Below, in pieces: positions 11,228 to 21,335 of a DNA stretch of 45,026 nucleotides; the first letter of the stretch is position 1; each line of letters opens with the position of its first letter. The position numbers and the translations under genes are program-made. Source of the stretch: Octopus bimaculoides. Taxonomy: Eukaryota. The DNA is taken from NCBI RefSeq assembly GCF_001194135.2, contig NC_068986.1, positions 107,943,582-107,988,607 of the forward strand. Direction: 5' to 3'. The notes under the pieces were generated by a model. It was not told the DNA's origin, did no database searches, and saw only the letters and a program-made list of their open reading frames with translations.

Positions 11228-11440
11228 GTAGCAGACTGGCAGAAATGTCAGCAGGTCAGGCGAAATGCTTAACGATATTTCATCTGTCTTTACATTCTGA
11301 GTTCAAATTCTGCCGAGGTCAACTTTGCCTTTCATCCTTTTGGGGTGGATAAATTAAGTACCAGTTGTGTACTGAGGTTGATCTAATCGACTGGCTCCCT
11401 CCTGCAAAATTTCAGGCCTTGTGCCTAGAGTAGAAAAGTA
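11228..11440 (+). mobile_element. tRNA-derived SINE family F
   Basis: CTGGCAGAAA..TTAGC head, GAGTTCAAATTC B box, central GCCTTTCATCCTTT(C)GGGGT(C)GATAAATTAAGTACCAG (resembles the Meta/Sauria-SINE core as I recall it). At least six copies. Confidence 0.8.
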
Positions 11441-11736
11441 TTTATAAGGCGACGAGCTGGCAGAAACATTAGTAGCCAGAGGTAACTGAATATAAAGTAT
11501 TCAAGAAATAATTAGCTATTTTATTTGAAAATACATTCAGCATTTGTTACTGTTGAAGAAACAGAAATATATTTCATAAATAATTACTGACACTTTAGTG
11601 TTACTGCTGTCATGTGATAATGTAAAATAGAAGAGACAGCATGGTAAATTACCAAAGTTATAGGCTAATGAAACAATTAACTTTTTCAACATTCAGCTTA
11701 CTCCATCAAATGTAATTCTTATTTATCTCAAAGCTT

Positions 11737-12122
11737 TGTGGAGGCGCAATGGCCCAGTGGTTAGGGCAGCGGACTCGCGGTCATAGGATCGCGGTATCGA
11801 TTCCCGGACCGGGCGTTGTGAGTGTTTATTGAGCGAAAACACCTAAAGCTCCATGAGGCTCCGGCAGGGGATGGTGGCGAACCCTGCTGTACTCTTTCAC
11901 CACAACTTTCTCTCACTCTTACTTCCTGTTTCTGTTGTGCCTGTAATTCAAAGGGTCAGCCTTGTCACACTGTGTCACGTTGAATATCCCCGAGAACTAT
12001 GTTAAGGGTACACGTGTCTGTGGAGTGCTCAGCCACTTGCACGTTAATTTCACGAGCAGGCTGTTCCGTTGATCGGATCAACTGGAACCCTCGACGTCGT
12101 AAGCGACGGAGTGCCAACAACA
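11737..12122 (+). mobile_element. SINE family A, full length, inserted into a family H MITE
   Basis: 12-bp TSD ATCTCAAAGCTT at 11725-11736 and 12123-12134. Confidence 0.95.
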
Positions 12123-12269
12123 ATCTCAAAGCTTCAACAATTTGATGATGTAATTGTATATTTCTAGAATGGCATTGCAGGGTAGATGAGAGAGGTCAGA
12201 ACTGGCTGCTTTGAATATCTAAGTCAGGTATGGCCAGTTTAAATGCTGAAGTATTGATGCAGTGTTTAA

Positions 12270-12487
12270 TCCCTTAGCATTCAAACCAGCCATATCCTTC
12301 CTGAATATGTTACTTGTTTAATGTTCTAACAGCCAGATCCTGCTTGTCACACATACCCTTCAATACCATTATAAAATATACTATGACATCATTAAAATTT
12401 CAAAGCTACAAAATAATGCATGATTAACTAAAAACAATGTCAATGAAAACTCATTGCATTTGACAAAATAATCTGAATGCCAAAGGG
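12270..12487. mobile_element. TTAA-flanked piggyBac-like MITE (family H), complete
   Basis: TTAA at 12266-12269 and 12488-12491. Termini TCCCTTAGCATTCA...TGAATGCCAAAGGG. Confidence 0.7.
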
Positions 12488-13879
12488 TTAAACAAAGTAA
12501 AAATGGTGTTAAGTCCCATACCAAAATAACAAGGGTCTCTTCATATCTAATATTTACAGAGTCAATATGTTTCTGTGGCCATGTGTATGTAGTATGGATT
12601 GTAGATAAAATACAAAATACATCACGAAATGGTATTTTTTTTTTTTTATAAAACATCATTTGTTTGCAGTTAAAACAGGTAAGCAATTAAATTGGTCATG
12701 AGTTTGTTTGTTTTTTTCTTTTTTTTCATTTCTTATAAATTAGTTTCCAATTGATAACATTTTTTTTTTACCAGAAAGATTTATCATCCATCTTTTTTTT
12801 AATCTTTTACTTGTTTCCGTCATTGGACTGCAGCCATGCTGGGGTTAGGCACCTTGAAGGTTAGTTGAACAAATCGATTCTGTTGTTTCANNNNNNNNNN
12901 NNNNNNNNNNNNNNNNNNNNNNNNNNNNNNNNNNNNNNNNNNNNNNNNNNNNNNNNNNNNNNNNNNNNNNNNNNNNNNNNNNNNNNNNNNNNNNNNNNNN
13001 NNNNNNNNNNNNNNNNNNNNNNNNNNNNNNNNNNNNNNNNNNNNNNNNNNNNNNNNNNNNNNNNNNNNNNNNNNNNNNNNNNNNNNNNNNNNNNNNNNNN
13101 NNNNNNNNNNNNNNNNNNNNNNNNNNNNNNNNNNNNNNNNNNNNNNNNNNNNNNNNNNNNNNNNNNNNNNNNNNNNNNNNNNNNNNNNNNNNNNNNNNNN
13201 NNNNNNNNNNNNNNNNNNNNNNNNNNNNNNNNNNNNNNNNNNNNNNNNNNNNNNNNNNNNNNNNNNNNNNNNNNNNNNNNNNNNNNNNNNNNNNNNNNNN
13301 NNNNNNNNNNNNNNNNNNNNNNNNNNNNNNNNNNNNNNNNNNNNNNNNNNNNNNNNNNNNNNNNNNNNNNNNNNNNNNNNNNNNNNNNNNNNNNNNNNNN
13401 NNNNNNNNNNNNNNNNNNNNNNNNNNNNNNNNNNNNNNNNNNNNNNNNNNNNNNNNNNNNNNNNNNNNNNNNNNNNNNNNNNNNNNNNNNNNNNNNNNNN
13501 NNNNNNNNNNNNNNNNNNNNNNNNNNNNNNNNNNNNNNNNNNNNNNNNNNNNNNNNNNNNNNNNNNNNNNNNNNNNNNNNNNNNNNNNNNNNNNNNNNNN
13601 NNNNNNNNNNNNNNNNNNNNNNNNNNNNNNNNNNNNNNNNNNNNNNNNNNNNNNNNNNNNNNNNNNNNNNNNNNNNNNNNNNNNNNNNNNNNNNNNNNNN
13701 NNNNNNNNNNNNNNNNNNNNNNNNNNNNNNNNNNNNNNNNNNNNNNNNNNNNNNNNNNNNNNNNNNNNNNNNNNNNNNNNNNNNNNNNNNNNNNNNNNNN
13801 NNNNNNNNNNNNNNNNNNNNNNNNNNNNNNNNNNNNNNNNNNNNNNNNNNNNNNNNNNNNNNNNNNNNNNNNNNNNNNN

Positions 13880-14100
13880 TCACTGCCATGTAGCATGGTT
13901 GTTCGTACGCATGCATCATACAGTCTGCCTTTTACTCTGAGTGAGAGTCTCTTTGTCGCCAGCAGGGGTAAGAGCTCTCTAAACTTTGCCCAGGCTATTC
14001 TTATTCTAGCAGCTACACTTTCAGCGCACCCACCCCCACTACTAACTTGGTCGCCCAGATAGCGGAAGCTATCGACTACCTCTAGTTTTTCACCCTGGAA
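13880..14100 (-). mobile_element. RTE LINE ORF2 fragment (end of RT/thumb), open frame, runs into the gap
   Basis: FQGEKLEVVDSFRYLGDQVSSGGGCAESVAARIRIAWAKFRELLPLLATKRLSLRVKGRLYDACVRTTMLHGS. Confidence 0.92.
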
Positions 14101-14939
14101 TGAGATAGAAGTTGTTTCCTATGTATATATTAATATTATCTCGGTTGAAAAAACTTTGATAATGTAAATATGTTAATAGTTACCAGGGTAGCAAAAATCA
14201 CACAAAACTAGGATATCATACCCGTTTAATAGGTAGAAATACCATGTTAAAGTGATGTATTTTGAGTAGATATGAAGAATAATAATAAATGGAACTTATT
14301 GATTATATGCATTTTGCTCCATTTATTATTCTTCTTTATATATATATATATACACACACACCCACAATAGGTTTCCATAGTTTCTTTCAATCAAATTCAT
14401 TGATTAGTCACTGACTGACCCAGAGCTATAGTAGATGTGCACAGTGGGACTGAACTTGAACCCACAAGCTTCTTAACCACACAGTCATACCCGAACCTAT
14501 AACATTTATCTATTTTTTTTTTTAGGAAATGCTACACACAAATAAGTACCAGTCAGTCATTTAGAAATAATTTTGTTTCAATGCAAATATAATCCAAGAT
14601 TTCAATTCTTGGAATGTATATCTTGGAGTTTTGGTGACAGAAATCTTATTTTATCAGAACTACCGTATATAGATAAACCCATCCATCCAGCCATTTTCTC
14701 CACCCAGTATTCCTGAGAGGGCTGTAGGGGTACAGTTCTCAGGCATCGCCTCTATAGGGTCCTGGGTTAATTAGGAATATATTCAGATCATAGATAGAGG
14801 GGTCCATTCAAAAAATATATTGCAGTCTCCACCCAACGCTAGTACAACCAGCAATAAGCCTGCATCTTGTTCTGAGAGATGTGGGGTGGGAGCACAAAGA
14901 ACGCGTGTCCTGGGACCCCATAGCAAGTCCTGGAGAGAA

Positions 14940-15070
14940 CAACAGTTAGTGGTCAGGAATTGGATTGTCACAACACTTCTGGGCAAAGAGCAGGAACTAG
15001 TGGGGAAAACCAAACACTACTGGCTAGATATAGTCAGTGTCTCCTCTACAAGGTTCTGAGGAACAACATA
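14940..15070 (+). mobile_element. Old RTE (Rex3/Expander-like) endonuclease domain-I remnant
   Basis: NWIVTTLLGKEQELVGKTKHYWLDIVSVSST resembles the WNVxSLxGKExELVxExxxYxLDIVGxxST start of RTE ORF2. Confidence 0.55.
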
Positions 15071-15078
15071 AAATTCTA

Positions 15079-15348
15079 TTGTAGTAAAGATTGTTTGCCA
15101 ACATAACACGGCAGTCCTGGTTTAGCTGAACAATTATTGTGCTGATGAGGGGAAATAACCCAGAAATCGCAATACACAGATATTGTTTTGAGCTGAGTGG
15201 GGGTACTAGATTCCCTTGTTTGAAAATATAAGGACACAGATCATGTTGTATAGCCAGCTGGAGACGATGTCTCCTGGGGCTAAATTACAGCAACATTCGT
15301 CCTAAACCAGGACTGCCATGTTATGCTGGCAAACAATCTTTACTACAA
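15079..15348 (+). mobile_element. 270-bp non-coding element (family P) with 47-bp terminal inverted repeats and an internal hammerhead
   Basis: 15079-15125 vs reverse complement of 15302-15348: 2 mismatches. Body is homologous to 44839-45026 (-). Confidence 0.85.
15137..15179 (+). ncRNA. Minimal type I hammerhead ribozyme motif
   Basis: TTGTG-CTGATGA-GGGG-AAATAA-CCCA-GAAA-T-CGCA-A-TA-CACAG. Stem I 5 bp, stem II 3 bp plus a G.A mismatch, near-palindromic ATCGCAAT stem III, AUA cleavage triplet (cut after 15174). Confidence 0.75.
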
Positions 15349-15514
15349 AGTACTGTTGCTGAATATCTCTCGTTGTGAGATTTAAAAATAGTAATTTTCT
15401 AATAAAATTCTATGCCATATAAAATCAGGGAATGATCTAAAACATTTTTTATATTTTTAATTATACTTTATCTTTACTCGTTATTTCTAGAAACTTAACA
15501 TTCCATTAAAAAGA

Positions 15515-15908
15515 CAGGTGCAGGCATGACTGTGTGTAGCTAAGGAGACTACTTTGCAACCATGTGGTTTTGGGTTCAGTTCCACAGCACAGCACCTTGG
15601 ACACGTGTCTTCTACTATAGCCTTGGGCTGACTAATGCCTTGTGAACTAATTTGGTCAATGGGAACCATGTGGAAATTTGTTGTGTGTGGGTGTGTGCCT
15701 GTGTTTGTTCCTACCACTGCTCTATAACCAGTGTTGGTTGGTTTACATCCCATAACTTAGCCATTCAGCTAAGAGACTGACAGGATAAGCACCAGACTTC
15801 TTTTAAAATGTTAAGCACTGAGGTCAATCTATTCCACTAAAACCCTTCAAGGTGGTGCTCCAGCTTGGTCACAGTCCAATGACTGAAACAAGTAAAAGAT
15901 AAAAGATA
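15515..15908 (+). mobile_element. SINE family B, full length, diverged
   Basis: Head to GAAACAAGTAAAAGATAAAAGAT tail. Confidence 0.8.
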
Positions 15909-15964
15909 TTAAATAGAGGCAGTTTAGAGCGATTATCCAATTTACATTTTTCTTCAGTCTAAAA

Positions 15965-16224
15965 CAGTGGTTCCCAAAGTGGGCAGTATTGCACCCCCCG
16001 GAGAGGGGGGGTTCAAAGTGGGGCAATAAAGGGGTAGCAATTCATGTAAAAAAAAACAACAAAATAATGGGTTCTTTAGGTTAAGTTTTATTTGTGAAAT
16101 ATAGTTGCTTTGGATTTGCTTCAGAAAGAGGTCTATGTTTGTGAGGGTTAATTGGGGTGGGGGAGCTAGGAATGTGGCCTGGGTGTCAAGGGGCCAGCAG
16201 CCTGCAAAAGTTTGGGAACCACTG
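15965..16224. mobile_element. hAT-Charlie (MER5-like) MITE
   Basis: 14-bp perfect TIR CAGTGGTTCCCAAA (15965-15978, 16211-16224) and perfect 8-bp TSD GTCTAAAA (15957-15964, 16225-16232). Confidence 0.93.
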
Positions 16225-16279
16225 GTCTAAAATATATTGTGTTTTGATAAAAATTATCACAAACTTTACAGCAGTGTAG

Positions 16280-17386
16280 TTATTTTCCTGTGTGAACACG
16301 ATAATGAGAAAATAAGTTTCTCTTCCGAGAAAACCCTTTCCCACAAACTTCACATTGAAATGCTTTCTCGGCAGAATGGATATGGCTATGACCTGATAAA
16401 CTGCTGCTACTTGAAAATGATTTACCGCAGATCTCACAGTGGTAAGGTTTCTCACCAGTGTGGATACGTCTGTGATCTGTTAATGCACTATTTCGAGGAA
16501 ATGCTTTCCCACAAAATTCACAGCTATATGGCCTGATTCCAGAGTGAACCCGTTTATGATCTGATAAGCCACTACTGCAAGAAAATCCTTTTCCACAGGT
16601 TGGACATTTGTATGGTTTTTCTCCGGTGTGAGCATGTTTGTGTATTTTTAACTGACTATTCCAAGCAAATGTCTGCCCGCACAGTTCACAATGGTATGGT
16701 TTTTCTCCTGTGTGAACACGCTTATGAACAGATAGTTTGGTGTTTCGTAAAAAAGCCTTCCCACAGATTTCACATTCGTATGGTTTTTCTCCAGTGTGTA
16801 CACGTATGTGATAAATTAGTTCGTTATTTCGAGAAAACTTTCTATCACAAATCTGGCAAGCAAACAGTTTTTCTTTATGAATACGTTTATGACATGATAA
16901 TGTGCTGCTAGACGATAATGTTTTCCCACAGACGTCACACTGAAATGGTTTTTCTCCTGTGTGAATGTAATTATGATTTGATAATGTACTCTTCTGAGAA
17001 AATGCTTTCCCACAAATTTCACATTGGTATGGTTTTTCCCCACTGTGAACACGTTTATGATCTGATAATTTATTATTACGTGAAAAAGCCTTCCCACAGA
17101 TATCACACTCATATGGTTTCTCTCTTGTATGAACACGTATGTGATAAATTAATTCCCTTGTACGAGAAAATGATTTCCCACAAAATTCACAGTGGTGTAT
17201 TTTTTCTTTGTGAATACGTTTATGATGTGATAAGTAACTGTTACAAGAAAACGCTTTCCCACAAATATCACATGGGTAAGGCTTTTCACCTGTGTGAATA
17301 CGAACATGAATCGTTAAGTGGTCTTCATGGGAGAATATTTTCCCACAGACATCACATATGTAAGGTTTCTCCTCTGTCTCTAACAT
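16280..17386 (-). CDS. C2H2 zinc-finger protein, 13 tandem fingers, single coding exon, 368 aa
   Basis: Thirteen CxxC-x12-HxxxH fingers with TGEKPY linkers. ATG at 17386, upstream in-frame TAA at 17423-17425. Confidence 0.94.
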   Translation of the reverse strand: MLETEEKPYICDVCGKIFSHEDHLTIHVRIHTGEKPYPCDICGKAFSCNSYLSHHKRIHKEKIHHCEFCGKSFSRTRELIYHIRVHTREKPYECDICGKAFSRNNKLSDHKRVHSGEKPYQCEICGKAFSQKSTLSNHNYIHTGEKPFQCDVCGKTLSSSSTLSCHKRIHKEKLFACQICDRKFSRNNELIYHIRVHTGEKPYECEICGKAFLRNTKLSVHKRVHTGEKPYHCELCGQTFAWNSQLKIHKHAHTGEKPYKCPTCGKGFSCSSGLSDHKRVHSGIRPYSCEFCGKAFPRNSALTDHRRIHTGEKPYHCEICGKSFSSSSSLSGHSHIHSAEKAFQCEVCGKGFSRKRNLFSHYRVHTGK

Positions 17387-17422
17387 TTTCCAAACAATAG
17401 AGATTTCACAGACAATTCTGCT

Positions 17423-17787
17423 TTACAATCTTTTTTTTTTTAATAATCTTGCTATGAAAATAAAATTTTTTCTCAAACAAAAAAAACCTTCCAACAGATT
17501 TCAAAACTGAATCAGTTGATGCTGATTGTATAATATTCTTCAAAAGAAATGTCTCACTAGTCAGCTGTTCCCTCCTGTGAACTGGTGTGTGTCAATTTAA
17601 GATACACCTATAATGAAATGACTTTCCAACACAACTGGCAGTCATATTATAACTGTGTGTTGTACATGGGTTTGTCTCAGATCATATCGTTACTCTCAGA
17701 CACCTTTAGTAAAAACTGGTCATTTCAGTAAACACTGCCAAATTATGACATCTTTTTGGCAGAATTCCACTGGTCAATACAAATGTT
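17423..17787 (-). pseudogene. Decayed zinc-finger repeats in the presumed 5' UTR of the second ZNF, bounded by a splice acceptor
   Basis: Minus strand reads YDCQLC-(frameshift)-GKSFHYRCILN*HTPVH and FEICWK. Acceptor TTTTTCTTTAATTTCAG| with AG at 17789-17788. Confidence 0.6.
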
Positions 17788-18809
17788 CTGAAATTAAAGA
17801 AAAAAATTATTAACAGATAACTTACAACAAGGTGTGTAGTTAGCAGTTAGTATGTGTGTGTTTATATGTATGTGCATATATCTAAGGAGATTTATTTTCA
17901 ATGGCTTAATTATAGGAGGAAGGACAGCACCCACAACCCTTTTCGCAGGCCAAAAACTCAACTTACTGACCTCTGGTGAAAAAGATTTAGATAAAAAGTG
18001 ATGTGTATAGTTCGTTACACAATATAAGTAATCACTGTGTTGTGTGACACACATTAAGTAATTACTTTATTACACACATTAAATGATCGCTGTGTTATAT
18101 TACATTAATACAGTACTTGGAATCAGTATATTCTGTTAAACAATAGAAGTATTCATAGTGTTTTGTTACACACACCAAATGGTCATTGTGTGCACCAATC
18201 ACTGCATTCCCTTTTCCTGCCCCCTCTCCCACTCTCCTTTTACACTCTTGTGAACTTCCTTGCTCACTCACCCTGTCCAATCTTCTGTACCACTCCACTT
18301 ATATTCACCTCTTTGTACCATGAGGGTATGGCTTAGCAAATCTTCACTACCATCCTCTCTCTCTCTCTCTCTCCTCTAACTAGGGTAGACATGTATCTCC
18401 TCTACAGCAAGACACCTGTTTCTGTCCGTCTGTCATAGTTTAACCTCTCATCACCTGGCAAAGCCACTTCCTTCAAAAACCACTCCCCAACTCAGTTGAG
18501 GGGACTTTGTCTTATTCTGTAAAGTGGTTGGCACAAGGAAGAGCATCCAGCTATAGAAACCATGCCAAAGCCAACAGTAGAGCTTGGTGCAGTTCTCTGG
18601 TTTGTCAGATCCTGTCAAACCGTCCAACCCATGCCAGCATGGAAAACAGGTGTTAAGTGATGAGGATGAGGACACTAAGTGATAACTATGTTATGTTACA
18701 CAATGTAAGTGATCGTTGTGATATATGATACACACTAAGTGATCAATATACTGTGTTCAACTGTGTAATTTATCAACATATTTATACTATATCAGTGTTT
18801 CCGATTCTG

Positions 18810-19185
18810 TGCTGGTGGAACATAAAAAGCACCATCCAAATGTGATCGATGCCAGGTCCGCCTGACTGGCTCCTATGCCGGTGGCATGTAAAAAGCACCA
18901 ACCGAATGTGGCCGATACCAGTACCCCCTGAGTGGCCCTCGTGCCAGTGACACATAAAATACACTATCTGAATGTGGTCAACGCCAGGCCTGCCTGACTG
19001 GCTCCTATGCCGGTGGCATGTAAAAAGCACCAACCGAATGTGGCCGATGCCAGTTCCCACTGACTGGCCCCCGTGCCAGTGGCACGTAAAAAGCACTATC
19101 CAAACATGATCGATGCCAGGCCCACCTGACTGGCTCTTGTGCTGGTGGCACGTAAAAAGCACCCACTACACTCTCGGAGTGGATA
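18810..19185 (+). repeat. Array of about five and a half 66-bp subunits of the RTE 3' UTR (family E)
   Basis: Repeating GGTGGCACGTAAAAAGCAC..GATGCCAG..CTGACTGGC..GTGCC. 22-aa periodicity in the spurious ORF 18782-19162. Confidence 0.85.
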
Positions 19186-20610
19186 NNNNNNNNNNNNNNN
19201 NNNNNNNNNNNNNNNNNNNNNNNNNNNNNNNNNNNNNNNNNNNNNNNNNNNNNNNNNNNNNNNNNNNNNNNNNNNNNNNNNNNNNNNNNNNNNNNNNNNN
19301 NNNNNNNNNNNNNNNNNNNNNNNNNNNNNNNNNNNNNNNNNNNNNNNNNNNNNNNNNNNNNNNNNNNNNNNNNNNNNNNNNNNNNNNNNNNNNNNNNNNN
19401 NNNNNNNNNNNNACACAATACAAGTAATTAGCAAAAGCAGAAAAAGAGAAAAACAGATAGAATTGACTAAAAATTATAACAATATGAAAGAAAGAATACA
19501 AGGAGTCGATTTGTTTGACTAAAACCCTTCCAGGTGGTGCTCCAGCATGGCCGCAGTCCAATGATTGAAACAATTAAAAGATATTGTTTTAAAGACTCTA
19601 GATTAACATTCTTAAAAAAAAAATATGAATAACATAAATTTTTAGAAAAAAATAAGGAAAAAAACAAAACTTGACACTTACAGAAAAGCGGGACCCCCCC
19701 CCCTTTCATTTTTATTCATTTATTTTTGGTGGAATTCTTAACCTACAATGTTTAAAACAAACATCGGAAGAAATTAAGGTTTTACGTACACTAAATGGTA
19801 AAATAATTTCTGATTCTCTTCTTTGGGAACACCGTAAAATGCATAATGTAATATATATATAGTAATGCACCTTGGGCAAGAATCTTCCCCTTCTACCACA
19901 ATAACTTTGTGTAGACCTACTGAGTAGATAGAATACTGGGAGACGGAAACTGTACGGAAGCTCACATTTTCTCACCCAGCACATAAACAGTATGTCAAGT
20001 TGGGTTTTTTTTTTAATATCAGATACGTAACTTAGCTATTCGTTAAAAAAATAACAGATTGGAATAAATATTAGGGATCGATTGTCAAGGACCTTATTCG
20101 AGATGGTGCCCGGCAAGAAGACAGGTTATTATTTCGAAAAATATTGTGAAATAAGCAGCCTTATAAAGCTACCACTATCGATAAAGTCATTTTCCTGATA
20201 TATATACACAAAGCATCGTTAAAACACACAAGATAACTATGAAATTATAAGTTTAAACTGACAACATTTACTGGAACCAGCGAGTGAGTCTCTACATGGT
20301 TGCTTGACCTGCTAGAAACAGCAGTTAAATCTCATCCGATCGTCATTATGATAAACACTCTATGCAAATAAAAAAAGGTTAATGATCACAGCTGGAACGA
20401 TTTCGATTCTATGTCTATTGGATCACAACACAAATGGGACAAAACAGCAACAGCACGGATAACATTAGATAAAAGTGGCCTGAGAATATATATACACTAC
20501 TTACATACAGTTAAAAGGAATGCTAAGACAGGAACACGTTCGATTCTTTGTCTGCTGGATCAGAGCCTACACGAGACTAAACAACAATTATATACATTAA
20601 ACTAGAGTTA

Positions 20611-20640
20611 ACTTACCTCAACATCATCACACCCTTTTGC
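20611..20640 (-). other. Perfect 5' splice donor GAG|GTAAGT (exon ends at 20617), candidate first exon of the minus-strand ZNF
   Basis: Consensus donor just downstream of the ETS-containing promoter region. Pairs plausibly with the acceptor at 17788. Confidence 0.5.
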
Positions 20641-20720
20641 AATTTACATGTCCTCAACACTCCTCTTTAACACTTTCTCATGCTACACCGTGTCCTCATA
20701 GGTGCGTCTATCATACACAT

Positions 20721-20753
<33 letters not shown>

Positions 20754-20836
20754 CGCAGAGGGAGGGGTGTGTATATAAATATATGTATAAAGGATCTGTC
20801 TGCTTCCAAACTTCTTTAAAAGGCGTGTTATGGCTG

Positions 20837-21290
20837 ACCGGAAGTGAAGACCAAACTGACCGATAAACGTTGTTGGCACTCCGTCGGTTGCGACGACGAG
20901 TGTTCCAGTTGATCCGATCAACGGGACAGCCTGCTCGTGAAATTAACGTTCAAGGGGCTGAGCATTCCACAGACACGTGGGATATTCAGCGTGACACAGT
21001 GACACAGTGTGACAAGGCTGACCCTTTGAATTACAGGCACAACAGAAACAGGAAGTAAGAGTGAGAGAAAGTTGTGGTGGAAGAGTACAGCAGGGTTCAC
21101 CACCATCCCCTGTCTCGTGGAGCTTTAGGTGTTTTCGCTCAATAAACACTCACAACGCCCGGTCTGGGAATCGAAACCGCGATCCTATGATCGCGAGTCT
21201 GCTGCTCTGACCACTGGGCCATTATGCCTCTACACGCACGTATATATGTGTATATATATTCACTGTTCAGTTTCACCCCGGAAGTGACGT
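20837..21290. promoter_or_regulatory. Candidate bidirectional promoter (second ZNF / SAC3D1)
   Basis: ACCGGAAGTG (20837-20846) and CCGGAAGTGACGT (21278-21290, ETS-CRE composite, 45 bp before the SAC3D1 ATG). Head-to-head gene arrangement. Confidence 0.55.
20869..21234 (-). mobile_element. SINE family A with internal deletions, inside the promoter region
   Basis: Family A sequence from the GTTGTTGGCACTCC tail to the head. No clear TSD. Confidence 0.9.
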
Positions 21291-21335
21291 TGTTAGTGTT
21301 CAAATCGTAAACAGAAAACATCCTCTGGTGTCATA

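Noticed and set aside
16600-17400. Plus-strand and shifted-frame ORFs overlapping the ZNF genes
   Set aside because: Expected shadow ORFs of repetitive zinc-finger codons.
17990-18780. Degenerate 26-30-bp AT-rich minisatellite interrupted by an old insertion
   Set aside because: Too diverged to define a unit reliably, and no sign of function.
18800-19185. CRISPR-like regular repeats
   Set aside because: Eukaryotic context, contiguous 66-bp units without unique spacers, and no cas genes.
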